From positions 64,001 through 128,000 of the forward strand of contig JBKAGE010000037.1 of the NCBI GenBank assembly GCA_046290225.1: DNA of 64,000 bases, given 5' to 3'. This DNA is from Bradymonadia bacterium. GTDB taxonomy: Bacteria; Myxococcota_A; Bradymonadia; UBA7976; UBA1532. Each line of letters starts with the position of its first letter. The stretch's first letter is position 1. A program made the position numbers and the translations under genes. The notes below the pieces were generated by a model. The model saw nothing but the letters and a program-made list of their open reading frames with translations, did not search any database and was not told the DNA's origin. This document shows, piece after piece, positions 1-9,886 of the stretch.

Positions 1-758
1 GTGTAGCTCACCGAGCCTGCGGTGGGCAGACACACAAGAGGCTCGAAGAGCAGCATGTCGAGGGTGAAGCCAGTCTCGATCTCCGGAGTGGCGATGGTGC
101 CCATGCCATCGAAGGTCACGCCAGTCTCGGGCACCCGGGCGATGGCCACGTCTTCGAGGGTGAGATCGATGGACAGCTGGTCCGAGGTGTAGCTCAAATC
201 CGAGTTCACGATGAAGCTGGGCTCTTCGCCCCCCTGGAGGCTCAAGGCAACGTTGCCGTTGAAGCTCTGCGCGTTGACGTCGAAATCCTCGAGGCCCAGG
301 TTGAAGGTCACCGACTCCCCTTCAGTGGAGGCGCCGAGACTCACCGTGCCATCGACGTTGACCTCCTGGGCGCCGAGCACACAGCTGTCGAGTTCGAGGC
401 TGAGCGTGGCGTCGCCCCAACTCAATGACGCGCAGCCCACATTCACCTCTTGCGCCTCGATGATGGCGCGCACGTGCTCACGCAGGGCCTGCAGCCTCTC
501 CCGAATGGGTCGGTCATCCGCCCCGCGCATTCTGTCTGCGCTCTGTGCGTCGACGAGGCTGCTCGCAGCGTTCTGCGCGCTCAAGCCGTCGATCATCCCC
601 CGCATCATGGCGGACTCTTGAGTGCTGATGGCGATCTCCTCACCGGGCGCGCTCGCCTCCGGCGCTTCGGTGGGATCAGAGGTGGTGTCTTCGCCGCAGC
701 CAGTCAGGGCGAAGGGCAACACACAGCTCAGCATCAGGGTCTTGTAGGTGAAGTTCAT
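1..758 (-). CDS. Lipoprotein of unknown function (3' end runs off the window)
   Basis: Manual translation from ATG 758 (GGAGAG upstream): MNFTYKTLMLSCVLPFALTGCGEDTT..., lipobox LTGC, open to base 1. Absent from the ORF track because it has no stop in the window. Confidence 0.8.
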   Translation of the reverse strand, partial: MNFTYKTLMLSCVLPFALTGCGEDTTSDPTEAPEASAPGEEIAISTQESAMMRGMIDGLSAQNAASSLVDAQSADRMRGADDRPIRERLQALREHVRAIIEAQEVNVGCASLSWGDATLSLELDSCVLGAQEVNVDGTVSLGASTEGESVTFNLGLEDFDVNAQSFNGNVALSLQGGEEPSFIVNSDLSYTSDQLSIDLTLEDVAIARVPETGVTFDGMGTIATPEIETGFTLDMLLFEPLVCLPTAGSVSY

Positions 759-882
759 CGTACGTCTCTCCGTGGCCGTGGTCTCAGTCGGTTCTGAAAT
801 CACGGTAGAGGACGTAGCTTACGGTTCTCTTAAGGGGGGTGACTTGGCGTGTCGAGCGCCTCGACAAAGAGGCATCGACCTT

Positions 883-1209
883 TCACGGCAAGGCGACCTG
901 AAGCTCCACGTGGGTCACGCACTTCGGCGGCGGGTTGCCCTCCGTGGGCACTGTGCACCACGGATCGTCGATGGGCGAAACTTCAGCGATCTCTCCGAGG
1001 CGCATACAGCGCCACGCGCCCCCTTCGGGCAGGCCACTGTGACTGCCGCCGCCGAACTGGAACACCAGCACGTGGGGCTCGTCGTCGACGTTGCGGCCGA
1101 GAATGTGTGGCGCGCACAGGCGCTCGAGGCCCTGATACACCATGCGCACTGAGGTGCGCCCCTTGATGGCGTCGGCGAGTGTCGCCCGAATCGAAGTATC
1201 TGCAGACAT
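883..1209 (-). CDS. Small stand-alone WYL-like domain protein
   Basis: Pattern Y.G.ERLCAPHILG...LVFQFGGGS.SGLP...WRC.RL..I resembles WYL domains; GGAGG RBS upstream. Confidence 0.6.
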   Translation of the reverse strand: MSADTSIRATLADAIKGRTSVRMVYQGLERLCAPHILGRNVDDEPHVLVFQFGGGSHSGLPEGGAWRCMRLGEIAEVSPIDDPWCTVPTEGNPPPKCVTHVELQVALP

Positions 1210-1242
1210 CGTCCACCTCCAGTTTCAGCAATCTCTACCGCA

Positions 1243-2163
1243 TCAACGGGCGCTGGCGCCCTCGACGAAGGGGTTGGTGTTCCCCTGAACCGCTCGAACC
1301 TTCGCCGCCCAGGCCCGCTCGGCCCGGGTCGGCGGATCTTTCTTGTGCCACGACAGCATCATGCGTCGGGTCGAGGCGTCGAGGATACCCCGGTTCGGAT
1401 ATGCCCAGTCCATGTACAGATAGGTTCGGGCGATGTCACCGCGGATCGACGCCTTGGGCTCGACCTGCTTGTTGTCGATCTCCACGTCGCAGCGGCCGTA
1501 CTCCCGCTTCTCACCGGGGATCTCGGCCATGACATAGTTCGAGCGGTTCCCGTTCACCTCGCCGATGGCCGGCCGCAGGTTGTAGAGGTCGGCCTCCATA
1601 CGCTGGAACAGACCGCTGACCTCGCCGACACACTTCCTGCCCTTGAACTTCTTGCGGCGCTTGTAACAACGCTCGTGGCCCTCGGTCCACGCTTTGAACG
1701 TACGCCCGAAGGCCGAGGCGGGCACCACGTGCTCCCACTCGATGCGGGCTGCGCGCTCGGGATCTTTGCGCACCGTGTAGCCACACGAGGCGTGGTCCAC
1801 CTTCTTGCCGGTGTAGGTGCAGCCACAATAGAAGGTCTTCTCGGCGCCCTTGAAGATGTTCGGCAGCTTCTTCTTGGCGGCGCCGAAGGTGCGCACAGTG
1901 TTGTTGCCCCGTTTGGGGTACTCGAGCTTGGGCAGGGTGAACTGACCCATACCTGCGGCCTTCGCCGGATCAGGGCCCGTGAGGGCGTCGTTGGTGGTGG
2001 CTGCGGCCACAGGAGCTTTGGGCGGAGCCTTCGAGCCCCCCTTCTTCTGCTCGGTGTACTTTTGCCAGATCAAGAAGCCGGCGACGGCGATGATGATGAG
2101 GGCCTGAATCCACTTCTGGTTCAAGGTGACCTGCTCCTGCGCACGTGATGTCGCCCGTATCAT
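1243..2163 (-). CDS. endA: Endonuclease I (EndA/Vvn/Dns family) with N-terminal membrane anchor
   Basis: Motifs FYCGC, RIEWEHVVPAS, EADLYNLRPAIGEVNGNRSN, RGDIARTYLYM and GNTNPFV. Start uncertain (2124-2214). Confidence 0.88.
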   Translation of the reverse strand: MIRATSRAQEQVTLNQKWIQALIIIAVAGFLIWQKYTEQKKGGSKAPPKAPVAAATTNDALTGPDPAKAAGMGQFTLPKLEYPKRGNNTVRTFGAAKKKLPNIFKGAEKTFYCGCTYTGKKVDHASCGYTVRKDPERAARIEWEHVVPASAFGRTFKAWTEGHERCYKRRKKFKGRKCVGEVSGLFQRMEADLYNLRPAIGEVNGNRSNYVMAEIPGEKREYGRCDVEIDNKQVEPKASIRGDIARTYLYMDWAYPNRGILDASTRRMMLSWHKKDPPTRAERAWAAKVRAVQGNTNPFVEGASAR

Positions 2164-2221
2164 ATGCGACTTTTCGCCCCTCGACGCCGCAGACTGCCCT
2201 TTGATTTGATACAACCCTCAC

Positions 2222-3256
2222 ATGACCGATCGCGCCGCCCACATCCTCGAGCGCAAGGTGCGCTATCACCGCACCGATTTGAGCGCATCTGGCATGGAGT
2301 CCCGCCTGCGTCGCGAGCGTCGGCTGCTCAATGGCCACATCGACACGCTCAGAGATCTTCAGGGGCAGAACGCCGAGGTGCAGCACGCCCTCGACGAAGA
2401 GATGTCGCGGCTGAAGAGCCTCTCCACCCAGGTCGCCGAGATCGGCGATCGCGCCCAGGAGAGCTTCTGGAGCCGGTTCAGGGAGACGCTCTCTTTTCTA
2501 CCTGGCCTCGAAGCCCCCAGCGAAGAGCTGCGATCCGTCGAGGCGATGCTGCGCGAGCAGTACGCTCACAGCCTGCGCCGGTTGAGAGAGGCGGCGGACT
2601 TCGCCGATCGGCTCGAAGCGGGAGAGCAGGATCTCTACGACGAGATCGAGCGCCTCGGTCAGGAGATCATCAAGGCCTCTGAAGATGCCGAGCAGGCTCA
2701 AGGCCAGGTCGCCGAGCTCGATGTCTTGATCGACGAGCTGACGGCGCGGCTGTCCGACTGCTCACCCGGCAGTCGCGACGCGCGTCTGATCGAAGCGCGC
2801 ATCGATCGCGCCCGCCGTCAGAGTACCGAACACGAGGGCCGCCGTCGGCTCTATCAGAGCACTGGCGCGCGCCTGGCCACGATGAAGCGCACCACCACGG
2901 GACTCGCCGACACGCTTGGCCAGCTGCGCAGCGACATCAGCACCTATGTGCATCACGCCAGCGTACGCCTCGACACGGTGGCGAATCAGATCAACGCCAT
3001 CGGCGCCGCCGCCGACGCCGGCGTCGTGGTGCAGGATCTCGTGCGGGCCCTCGACGGCATGAACGCCGCTCTCCACGAGGCCACGGCCTTTGTCATTCAA
3101 ACCCAGCAGTACTTTCGCGCCCACGTCGACACGCTGGTGGCCGATCTCGACGCCAAGGCCCACGAGGAGCAGGCGCTGCTCGCTCAAGCGGCGGCCTACA
3201 ACCAGGCCATGGACGAGATCAGGGAGATCGAGCACCGCAAGGGGCGCACCCTGTGA
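2222..3256 (+). CDS. Coiled-coil protein of unknown function
   Basis: 344 aa, helical heptad-rich (E/R/L/A), typical codon usage. Confidence 0.75.
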   Translation: MTDRAAHILERKVRYHRTDLSASGMESRLRRERRLLNGHIDTLRDLQGQNAEVQHALDEEMSRLKSLSTQVAEIGDRAQESFWSRFRETLSFLPGLEAPSEELRSVEAMLREQYAHSLRRLREAADFADRLEAGEQDLYDEIERLGQEIIKASEDAEQAQGQVAELDVLIDELTARLSDCSPGSRDARLIEARIDRARRQSTEHEGRRRLYQSTGARLATMKRTTTGLADTLGQLRSDISTYVHHASVRLDTVANQINAIGAAADAGVVVQDLVRALDGMNAALHEATAFVIQTQQYFRAHVDTLVADLDAKAHEEQALLAQAAAYNQAMDEIREIEHRKGRTL

Positions 3257-3280
3257 GCGCCACATCGTGAGCATCCCATC

Positions 3281-4243
3281 GTGAAGACCATCGATCTCGA
3301 CGTATCCCGACAGCGTGATTACCTGGCCCTGGCCACCGCCCTGGTGAAGGGGGGACGCGTGAGCCTGCAGTGGCCTCCGCTGCGGCCCATCGCCAACGCC
3401 CTCGCCGCCATGGGGCCTGACCTGCATCACGGGGCCTACCCCACCCTGCAGGTCGATCTGAACACTGGCCTGCCCACATGGCGGGAGTGGCAGCGAGTGA
3501 GCACCGACCATGAGATGGCCGCTGAGACACTCGCCGGGCTCGGTGATCCCGCAGAGCTCGAGCGCCGTGGTCACGGCGCGGCAGAAGGCTCGGTGCATCA
3601 TCGACGATGGAACCGCTATCGCTATCTGAAGGCCCTGAGCACAGCCCCAGCGCCCCCCAGCGATCGCCTCGATGTTCAGCTGAGGCGCATCGAAGGCGAA
3701 GCCACCTCGGTGGCGCTGCAGATGGACAAGTTCGATGCAGGGGGTCTCTTCGTGCGCATGTCGGTCGAGCTGCGAGAGATCTCGGGCACCGAGCACATCA
3801 TCCGCGAGGGCGAAGAAGTGATGCTCTCCGAGCAGCTGCGCAGCATGCTCTATCGCGCCTCGGGCCTCACCGCAGAGACCACCCACCTGCTGCTCTCCGC
3901 TCAGGGTGACCTGCACGTGGAGCGCGTAGTCCGAGCGGTGGTGGGGCCGCTCTCGCTGCCTGATCTGAACGATTCAGGTGCGCAGCTCGACTCAGGGCAC
4001 CTGGCGCTGAGCCTCGACATGACCGCCTTCGACTTGTCGGCAGATCGCCACAACGATCCCGAGCGGGTGGACGAGCAGCTCGACGATGATCGCCGAGGGG
4101 CGCGACGCCGCTTGGGCTACCGTGTCTTCACTGACCGACGCTTCGTCGCCACCGCGGACGCCGCCACTGCGGTGAAGACCCGCTGCGCCGAGGCGGGCAC
4201 TCGGAACACAGTGCGGACCATCCGCCTGAGGAAAACTTTGTGA
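3281..4243 (+). CDS. Hypothetical protein, probably co-transcribed with the coiled-coil gene
   Basis: 320 aa ORF 24 nt downstream on the same strand. Confidence 0.7.
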   Translation: MKTIDLDVSRQRDYLALATALVKGGRVSLQWPPLRPIANALAAMGPDLHHGAYPTLQVDLNTGLPTWREWQRVSTDHEMAAETLAGLGDPAELERRGHGAAEGSVHHRRWNRYRYLKALSTAPAPPSDRLDVQLRRIEGEATSVALQMDKFDAGGLFVRMSVELREISGTEHIIREGEEVMLSEQLRSMLYRASGLTAETTHLLLSAQGDLHVERVVRAVVGPLSLPDLNDSGAQLDSGHLALSLDMTAFDLSADRHNDPERVDEQLDDDRRGARRRLGYRVFTDRRFVATADAATAVKTRCAEAGTRNTVRTIRLRKTL

Positions 4244-4281
4244 GGCACACACCGTGAAGATGAGTCTGCCGCAGACTCTGA

Positions 4282-5292
4282 TCACTTGCCCAACTTCTGC
4301 CGCGCCTCTGCCCGCATGGGATCGTGGTAGGTGCGCTGGTAGTAGAAGAAGCTGGTGACGCTGGCATCGCCGATGGCGAAGGTGAACTGCTCGCGAGCGC
4401 CACCGGCCCAGCCTTCGTAGTCGATGGGCAACATGTCGACCACAGTGGAGACAGAGTAGCCCGGTGCGATGCGCGCCGGGTTGGCGTCCGCAGGCATGCC
4501 TTTGGCATTGGGCATGGCATGGGCCTGCCCAAGGTGCACATAGAGCAAGCTCTCGTCCCACAAGATCTCGCCGCCCTTCTCCAACAGCGCCGGCACCGTC
4601 ACGATCTCCTTGGAGGTGTTGGTCACGGTGATCTTGAACTTGCCGTCGCCGAAGGGGTTGCTCCACTTCACATCTTGCTCTGGGGCCACCTGCTCCACGT
4701 CGATCTGCACATGGGGCCCGACCCGCAGTGAACGGCGTCCGACGATGGGGGCCTTCACCGAGCCATCTTTGAGCACCCAGCCCACAGGCTCTGCGCTGGC
4801 TCGGGTGGCGCGGGCGACGTTCTCCTTCGTGGGTTGGGCGATGCCCCTGATGGACCAGCTCACTGGGGGCGCGTTGTGCTCTTTGAGCTTGAGGGTCTGC
4901 ACGTTCCGGTTGATGCCCAGCAACACCGAGTCGCCCACCCTGGGGATCTCGGCTTCGAAGATGGTGTGCAGATAGACCGGCTCGGTGGCGCCTGGGTGCC
5001 GACCCTTAATGTGCTGTGTCACGTCGATGTTGAGGGCCACGACGTGCTGCGCCGGGTAGCTCTCCAACACGTCGTGGGTGACGATCTTGGCGATCCTGGC
5101 CACCACAACGGTGTCCGACTGATTCATGGCCTGTGTGGTGACATATTCGACTGGAGGTGGGCTGTGCTCCAGTGCCCCTGCGACACGCTCGGGGTTTCGC
5201 TGGGCCTGGGCGCTGGCGCTCAGAGCGGCGAGGAGAGTGAGGGCGCAGGCGATCGAGTTGAGAGGCTTGGACATTTCGGGGATGCTCCGCAT
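4282..5292 (-). CDS. Secreted hypothetical protein
   Basis: Signal peptide ...ALTLLAALSASAQA; 336 aa. Confidence 0.7.
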   Translation of the reverse strand: MRSIPEMSKPLNSIACALTLLAALSASAQAQRNPERVAGALEHSPPPVEYVTTQAMNQSDTVVVARIAKIVTHDVLESYPAQHVVALNIDVTQHIKGRHPGATEPVYLHTIFEAEIPRVGDSVLLGINRNVQTLKLKEHNAPPVSWSIRGIAQPTKENVARATRASAEPVGWVLKDGSVKAPIVGRRSLRVGPHVQIDVEQVAPEQDVKWSNPFGDGKFKITVTNTSKEIVTVPALLEKGGEILWDESLLYVHLGQAHAMPNAKGMPADANPARIAPGYSVSTVVDMLPIDYEGWAGGAREQFTFAIGDASVTSFFYYQRTYHDPMRAEARQKLGK

Positions 5293-5421
5293 TCATTTCG
5301 TGTGCAGGTTGGCTGACGAAGGCTGTCACGTGCGCCTCCAGGAAAAGTTCTGACAAAAATCCTGGAAAACGCTCGGCCACACCGGACACCTGCGGTTTTC
5401 TTCTACGTACAGGGGCGACTC

Positions 5422-6228
5422 ATGACCACGCCTGGGCCACAGAGCCTCGTCGACATCGGCGCCAACCTCACCCACGAGAGCTTCAAGAGCGACCTCGACC
5501 AGGTCCTCGCCGAGGCAGAGGCTGCCGGTGTCCGGCGCCTCATCGTCACCGGCACCACGGTGGCCGACAGCGTCGAAGCTGCAGATCTCGCAGCACAGCA
5601 CCCTGGTCGGCTCTTCAGCACCGCCGGCGTGCACCCGCACTACGCCAAGGGCTGCGACGACCACACGCTCGGCCACCTGCGTACGCTCGCAGCGCGGCCC
5701 GAGGTGGTGGCCTTGGGTGAGGCGGGGCTCGACTACAACCGCGACTTCTCTCCACGACCCGTGCAACGACACTGGTGTGCGGCGCAGCTGCAGCTCGCCA
5801 CCGAGCTGAAGATGCCTGTCTTCTTGCACAGCCGGGACGCACACGCCGACATGCTCGCCCTCGTCTCCGAGCACCGTGATGGTCTCGTCGACGGTGTGGT
5901 GCACTGCTTCACGGGCACCGCCGAAGAGGCCAGGGACTGGCTCGATCTCGGCCTGCACATCGGCATCACCGGATGGATCTGCGACGAGCGTCGAGGCACC
6001 CATTTGAGAGAGGTGGTGAAGACGATCCCCCTCGATCGCCTGATGGTGGAGACGGACTGCCCCTACCTGATGCCCCGCACTCTGAGACCACGGCCCAAGA
6101 CCCGGCGCAATGTGCCGGCCCACCTGCCCCACGTCACCGAGATCCTCGCAGAGTGCATGGGGCTGCCCATAGACGAAGTTGCTCAGGGCACCACAGCCAC
6201 GGCGGAGCGTTTCTTCAGATTGGTCTGA
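5422..6228 (+). CDS. tatD: TatD-family DNase
   Basis: DIGANL, TAGVHPH, ALGEAGLDY, PVFLHSRDA, VVHCFTG and ETDCPY motifs. Confidence 0.93.
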   Translation: MTTPGPQSLVDIGANLTHESFKSDLDQVLAEAEAAGVRRLIVTGTTVADSVEAADLAAQHPGRLFSTAGVHPHYAKGCDDHTLGHLRTLAARPEVVALGEAGLDYNRDFSPRPVQRHWCAAQLQLATELKMPVFLHSRDAHADMLALVSEHRDGLVDGVVHCFTGTAEEARDWLDLGLHIGITGWICDERRGTHLREVVKTIPLDRLMVETDCPYLMPRTLRPRPKTRRNVPAHLPHVTEILAECMGLPIDEVAQGTTATAERFFRLV

Positions 6229-7599
6229 TCAGACAGCCAGACCAGGGAGAGGACCACCGGTGCCGTGCACGCCGAACTCGTTGACGTCGTCGAGGCCCAT
6301 GGCGTGCATGATCGACACCAGCACGTCGTTGTGTGGCTTGTCGAAGGTCTGCACGAACCGGCCCGTGTCGAAGTAACCACCCCCCTTACCAGCAATGACA
6401 TAGGGCATGTCGTTGTGGTTGTGGATGTGGCCGTCGCTGAGCTCGTTCGTCCAGATGAGGGTGGTGTTGTCGAGCAGGGTGCCCGTGCCTTCGGGGATCT
6501 TCTTCAGCTCGGTGATCAAGTACGCGAACTGCTCGGCATACCAGCGGTTGATGGCCACCAGAGCCCGCTCCTCCACAGTCTCCTCCGGCGCGGTGCCGTC
6601 GAAGAGGGTGTGGGAGATGGAGTGGTGCGACTGGAACACGGGCTGGGGCAAGAAGGTGAAGGGCAGATCGTTCGAGCCCTCCTGCCACATCAGCGAGGTC
6701 ACCCGGGTGATGTCGCAGGCGAGGGCCATGACGATGAGATCCATGTGCATGCGACCCACGGCGCCAAAACGATCAGGGTTGCCGTCAACGGTGAGGGCGT
6801 CGAAGTCGGCGACGTCGGGGATCTCACAGGCGCCGCCCACCGGGGGCAGTGGGATCTTCAGACGATCTTCCAGGCTCCTGATCTGCTCCAGGTGAGCCTC
6901 GAGCTTGATGCGATCACCCGCTGACAGCTGAGTCTTGATGCGATCGTAGTCCGCCTTCACCGAGTCGAGGATGGTGGCATCTCGAGGGTTGAGCCCTTCG
7001 ACGTCGCGCACGTCGAAGTCTCGAGTGAAGTCGGAGAAGAGCCGGGTCCAGGCTTGCCGGGGGTTCTGCTCGGGGGGCACGGGCAGATCGGCCCCTCGGT
7101 AGCTGATGCGGCCGAGGGGCGACGGGATGGTCTCCACGGCGAGCTCGAGAGAGGGCAGCCGTGTGGTGCGCCCCACCCGCTGAGCGATGAACTGATCGAC
7201 GCTGATGCCCCCAGCCCACTCTTTGGTCATGAGAGCGGCGGTGAGGGCCGTGGTCGTGCCCGCGGCGTGGCCGTTGTTGGTGATGCCCATCTCCATCGCC
7301 TCTCGGGCGGCCACCATGTCGGGGCCCTTGAGCACGATGAGATCTTGTTTGTGGGCCTCAAGTGGTGCCAGCACCGTCGACATCTGAAAATCGGCCCCCT
7401 CACCTGTGGGGGTCCACAAGCGCATGGGTTGCCCATTGGCGGTGTGGAAGACGATCAGACGCCTGGGGAACAGGTCTGTCTGGCCCCATGCCTTTCGCGG
7501 CAGGAGAGAGGGCAGAAAGGGCAGCCCGAGGGTCACCCCACCGAGTCCGCGGAGGAACTGACGGCGAGAAGGCATGATGGGTTTGGCGCGTCGTCTCAT
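6229..7599 (-). CDS. DUF1552-like Tat-exported protein
   Basis: SRRQFLRGLGG...LPFLPSL twin-arginine signal; SVDQFIA, ALACDITRV, EGTGTLLDNT and NELSDGHIH motifs. Confidence 0.8.
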   Translation of the reverse strand: MRRRAKPIMPSRRQFLRGLGGVTLGLPFLPSLLPRKAWGQTDLFPRRLIVFHTANGQPMRLWTPTGEGADFQMSTVLAPLEAHKQDLIVLKGPDMVAAREAMEMGITNNGHAAGTTTALTAALMTKEWAGGISVDQFIAQRVGRTTRLPSLELAVETIPSPLGRISYRGADLPVPPEQNPRQAWTRLFSDFTRDFDVRDVEGLNPRDATILDSVKADYDRIKTQLSAGDRIKLEAHLEQIRSLEDRLKIPLPPVGGACEIPDVADFDALTVDGNPDRFGAVGRMHMDLIVMALACDITRVTSLMWQEGSNDLPFTFLPQPVFQSHHSISHTLFDGTAPEETVEERALVAINRWYAEQFAYLITELKKIPEGTGTLLDNTTLIWTNELSDGHIHNHNDMPYVIAGKGGGYFDTGRFVQTFDKPHNDVLVSIMHAMGLDDVNEFGVHGTGGPLPGLAV

Positions 7600-7653
7600 G
7601 GCGGAGAGAAGGGTAGCGAATTCCCCGCCTCGACACCACGATTGTTGCCTACA

Positions 7654-8349
7654 TCAACTGACGGGTGGGTCACCCACAGGCCAGTCTTGCGACGGCTGCA
7701 ACAACAACGCACGCTGCAGTGCCTCGGAGAATCGGCGCCGTGGCCACTCTTGAGCACCGAAGCGAGCCAGATGGTCGGTGTGCACCTGACAATCGATCAG
7801 CTTGAAGCCGAAGGCCGCGAGCTGCGGCACCAACGTGGCGAAGGTGATCTTCGAAGCGTCAGGGGCCAGAGCGAACATCGACTCGCCGAAGAACACGCCC
7901 CCGAGAGTGACCCCGTAGAGGCCGCCGACCAGCCGCTCGCCCTGCCACGCCTCGGCGCTGTGGGCATACCCCGCGTGGTGCAAGGCCATATAGGCATTCA
8001 GCATGTCGTCGGTGATCCAGGTGCCCTCCTGCATCGGCCGGGGCACATCGGCGCAGGCGGTGATCACCTCGGCGAAGGCGGTGTCGTACTTGATCTCGTA
8101 CGGGGCCCGCTTGATGGCCTTGCGCAGGCTCCGACCCACATACAACTGCTCAGGCTCGAGGACCATGCGGTCAGGGGGCGCGTGCCAGATGATCGGATCC
8201 CCAGGGTTGAACCAGGGAAAAATCCCCACGCTGTAGCCTCGCAGCAGCCGCTCCACCGACAAATCACCACCGATGGCGATGACCCCGCTGGGATCAGCGA
8301 GCTCCGGATCGGGAAATCGCATCGAGTCGTCGAGCAAGAAGATGGGCAT
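7654..8349 (-). CDS. aat: Leucyl/phenylalanyl-tRNA--protein transferase
   Basis: GGDLSVERLL.GYSVGIFPW, TWI, AHSAEAW...LVGGLYGV..GGVFFGESMF and IDCQ motifs. Confidence 0.95.
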   Translation of the reverse strand: MPIFLLDDSMRFPDPELADPSGVIAIGGDLSVERLLRGYSVGIFPWFNPGDPIIWHAPPDRMVLEPEQLYVGRSLRKAIKRAPYEIKYDTAFAEVITACADVPRPMQEGTWITDDMLNAYMALHHAGYAHSAEAWQGERLVGGLYGVTLGGVFFGESMFALAPDASKITFATLVPQLAAFGFKLIDCQVHTDHLARFGAQEWPRRRFSEALQRALLLQPSQDWPVGDPPVS

Positions 8350-8355
8350 GAGGCG

Positions 8356-8955
8356 TTACCCTCCTCTGCCGTGGGCCAGCTGAGGCCGAGACCACTCCTC
8401 GGCGGTGATGGCATAAATTTCGTGATCCGCCCACTCGCCATCGATGAAGAGGAACCGCGCCGCGAGCCCTTCACGGCGCAGACCACACCGCCGGGCCAGA
8501 GCGAGGCTGGCCACGTTGTGGGGTCGTATGGCCGCTTGGGCCCGGTGCAGCCCCATAGATCCGAAGGCCACTCCCAGGGCCAGACTCAAGGCCTCCGACA
8601 TGAGCCCGCGCCCGGCGTACTCCACATCGATCCAGTACCCCAACGCGGCGTTCTGGAACACGCTGCGCACCACCTCGGTGAACGTGACCCTGCCGATGAA
8701 GCGATCTGTTCGTCGATCAGCCACCACCAGCGCGTAGGCCTGATCGTTGCGCCACTGGTTGCGCTGGTGCCTGATTTGGGCTTTACAGCCCCGCAGGTGA
8801 TCGTCCTCCGGTGCCATCATCGGGATCCACGGGCCCAGGAACTCGCGGGATCTGTGCCGTACGGCGAGCACGTCGCCGGCGTCGGTGACTCGGGGGGCCC
8901 GCAGGGTGATGCGATCGCCGTGCAGACAGAATGTGAGGGGCAGACGGTTCTTCAC
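8356..8955 (-). CDS. RimJ/RimL-family GNAT N-acetyltransferase
   Basis: FQNAALGYWI...GRGLMSEAL, LHRAQAAIRPHN.AS and EGLA..FLFIDGEWADH motifs. Confidence 0.88.
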   Translation of the reverse strand: MKNRLPLTFCLHGDRITLRAPRVTDAGDVLAVRHRSREFLGPWIPMMAPEDDHLRGCKAQIRHQRNQWRNDQAYALVVADRRTDRFIGRVTFTEVVRSVFQNAALGYWIDVEYAGRGLMSEALSLALGVAFGSMGLHRAQAAIRPHNVASLALARRCGLRREGLAARFLFIDGEWADHEIYAITAEEWSRPQLAHGRGG

Positions 8956-9013
8956 GGGGAGATTATGCGGTGGGCAGCGACCGGGAATCTACGTTCCTCA
9001 TCTTGAAGCGGTC

Positions 9014-9886
9014 ATGATCGACGCCACAGACATCTTGTACGGGGCCCTGCCAGCGGCCGCATTCGCCGGTGTGGTGGCCGTGGGGGTCACCGTCGCCATC
9101 GAGCGATTCGGCGGCCGGGTGGGCGGTTTGCTGGGCACGCTGCCCACCACGATCGTCCCCGCGAGCGTGGGCATCTTCAGCGAGGCCCAGAGCGCTGAGG
9201 CCTTCGTGAGGGCCATGGACGCGGTGCCTGCAGGTATGTGGCTCAACGCGATGTTCTTGTGGCTCTGGCGCGTGGTCCCCCAACGGCTGCCCGACGGTGC
9301 CCTGGGCACGCGCCTCGCCTGGATGTCGGCCATCTCCCTCGGCGCCTGGCTCACCGCTGCGGTGGCGCTGGTGTACGGCAGCGGCGCCCTCGTGGATGCC
9401 GGGATCGACACACTGTGGCTCAGTCTCGGTGGCTTCGGGTTGCTCGTCGGCGTGGGCCTGGCGGCCTGTCGCGGGCTCAAGCCCACCCCCAAGGGCAGCC
9501 GCCCGGTGCCCATCACCGCACTGATCCTGCGGGGGCTCTTCGCCGCCAGCAGCATTGGGGCCGCGGTCTGGGTGGCAGCAGTGGGGGGCGAGGTCGCCGC
9601 AGGGGTGGTCTCAGTGTTCCCCGCCATCTTCCTCACCACGATGGTGGCCCTGTGGCTGGCCCAGGGTGAGGCCGTTCCTGCTGGAGCCGTGGGCCCCATG
9701 ATGCTCGGCGCCTCAAGCGTCGCCGGGTTCGCCCTCTATGCGCGGTGGCTGATCCCCGAGCTGGGCCCCTGGGGCGGCACGCCCATCGCCTGGGTGCTCG
9801 CCGCCCTCACCACCACATTGCCCGCCAGCGCCTGGCTCGCTCGACAGGCCCGCCGCAGCCTCGACGCAGCCGAGGCTGTGCACTGA
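9014..9886 (+). CDS. Multi-pass membrane protein with two internal repeats
   Basis: About 9-10 hydrophobic segments; GGLLGTLPTT and AGVVSVFPAI half-repeats. Start placed at ATG 9014. Confidence 0.75.
   Translation: MIDATDILYGALPAAAFAGVVAVGVTVAIERFGGRVGGLLGTLPTTIVPASVGIFSEAQSAEAFVRAMDAVPAGMWLNAMFLWLWRVVPQRLPDGALGTRLAWMSAISLGAWLTAAVALVYGSGALVDAGIDTLWLSLGGFGLLVGVGLAACRGLKPTPKGSRPVPITALILRGLFAASSIGAAVWVAAVGGEVAAGVVSVFPAIFLTTMVALWLAQGEAVPAGAVGPMMLGASSVAGFALYARWLIPELGPWGGTPIAWVLAALTTTLPASAWLARQARRSLDAAEAVH

Noticed and set aside
7054..9006. Long antisense ORFs (e.g. 7054-9006, 18623-20017, 42181-43608, 58892-60517, 61590-62984)
   Set aside because: Shadow ORFs opposite clearly identified genes, as expected in high-GC DNA.
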